A stretch of DNA of 16,893 nucleotides from an uncultured Oscillospiraceae bacterium (GTDB taxonomy: Bacteria; Bacillota; Clostridia; Oscillospirales; Ruminococcaceae): positions 1-16,893 of the forward strand of contig USLH01000038.1 in assembly GCA_900555435.1 (NCBI GenBank), read 5' to 3'. Below the pieces are notes generated by a model. It worked only from the letters and a program-made list of their open reading frames with translations. It ran no database searches and was not told the DNA's origin. Made by a program: the position numbers and the translations under genes. The first letter of the stretch is position 1, and every line of letters begins with the position of its first letter. Positions 16,184-16,893 of this stretch are shown one piece after another.

Positions 16184-16893
16184 ATGAACAAGAAACTGAA
16201 AATCGCCGTGATCGGTACCGGTAACATCTCCGAGTCCCACATCAACGGCTACCTGAAAAACCCCAACGTGGAGCTTTATGCGTTCTGCGACATCCGGGAA
16301 AACCGCCTGAAAGAAATGGGCGAGAAATACGGCGTTACCCGTCTTTACACCGATAAAGACGTGATGCTCAAAGAACTCCCCGAGATTGACGCTGTCAGCG
16401 TCTGCACCTGGAACAGCCAGCACGCTCCCTGCACCATCGCCGCTCTGAACGCCGGCAAGCACGTCCTCTGTGAAAAGCCCATGGCGACCAACGCCGCCGA
16501 GGCTCTGGAGATGAAAGCCGCCGCGGAAAAGGCTGGCAAACTCCTGATGATCGGCTTCGTCCGCCGCTACGGCAACGACTGCGCCATCCTGAAGGACTTC
16601 ATCGGCGCAGACTACTTCGGCGACATCTACTACGCCAAAGCCACCTATCTCCGCCGCAACGGCAGCCCCGGAGGCTGGTTCGGCGACAAGAACTACTCCG
16701 CCCATGACATGAAGCGCCGGTTCTACGACATTGCCGCGGACTACGCGACCATTCCCATCACCCGCGTGCCGAAGGTCAAGGTCGGCGTCGTCGGCGAGAT
16801 TTATGTCAAATACTCGCCGCTGGGCAACAATGATCTGGAAAAATTTCTGGAAAGTCAGGACTGCGAGGTCAACCTGCCCGGCCTGATGGGCTT
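16184..16893 (+). CDS. Gfo/Idh/MocA-family NAD(P)-dependent oxidoreductase (partial, runs off window end); distal 60 aa diverge abruptly to a DUF2229/CoA-enzyme-activase-like sequence
   Basis: Not in the supplied track because it has no stop. MNKKLKIAVIGTGNISESHINGY...CEKPMA...GFVRRY...GGWFGDK is a canonical MocA N-domain and the start of the C-domain. RBS GAAGGA present. It lies 30 nt after the isomerase gene. Confidence 0.7.
   Translation, partial: MNKKLKIAVIGTGNISESHINGYLKNPNVELYAFCDIRENRLKEMGEKYGVTRLYTDKDVMLKELPEIDAVSVCTWNSQHAPCTIAALNAGKHVLCEKPMATNAAEALEMKAAAEKAGKLLMIGFVRRYGNDCAILKDFIGADYFGDIYYAKATYLRRNGSPGGWFGDKNYSAHDMKRRFYDIAADYATIPITRVPKVKVGVVGEIYVKYSPLGNNDLEKFLESQDCEVNLPGLMG

Noticed and set aside
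1-16893. CRISPR arrays, IS elements/transposases, integrases, rRNA genes
   Set aside because: There are no regularly spaced direct repeats. No transposase or integrase-like ORF appears in any frame, and no rRNA-like conserved stretches. The only repeat is a short CT-rich tandem at 12783-12815.

Overview
This is a high-GC (~58%) Firmicutes/Clostridia-like chromosomal window, most likely from a spore-forming Oscillospiraceae/Ruminococcaceae-type organism. It is gene-dense and mostly transcribed on the minus strand. From start to end the supportable content is: (i) a cell-envelope/sporulation-flavoured cluster: a secreted Amidase_3 N-acetylmuramoyl-L-alanine amidase, a GHL10-type lipoprotein glycoside hydrolase, a SipW-type signal-peptidase homologue whose catalytic Ser and His are both substituted, and sporulation protein YunB; (ii) glycolysis/sugar-phosphate genes (pfkA and a PgcA-like phosphohexomutase); (iii) an oadG-oadB pair (Na+-pumping decarboxylase gamma and beta subunits) with no carboxyltransferase or biotin-carrier gene in the window; (iv) a cytoplasmic SPFH/Band-7 protein with an internal N-terminal duplication; (v) a ~450-bp non-coding GC-rich stretch carrying a tRNA-like T-arm/acceptor fragment; (vi) a GH27 alpha-galactosidase translationally coupled (ATGA overlap) to a 63-aa Cys4 zinc-ribbon protein; (vii) an overlapping HD-hydrolase / DUF1113 (CmpB-like) membrane protein pair behind a near-consensus promoter with a 17-bp palindrome at the transcription start; (viii) an AraC regulator divergent from a sugar-phosphate isomerase/epimerase and a partial Gfo/Idh/MocA oxidoreductase whose C-terminus switches abruptly to a sequence resembling the CoA-enzyme-activase-associated DUF2229 domain. 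Several genes carry near-consensus sigma-A promoters and clear rho-independent terminators. No CRISPR array, IS element or rRNA was seen. The ORF track allows non-ATG starts, and several start coordinates were re-derived from RBS and ATG positions. Most other listed ORFs are GC-rich shadow frames.
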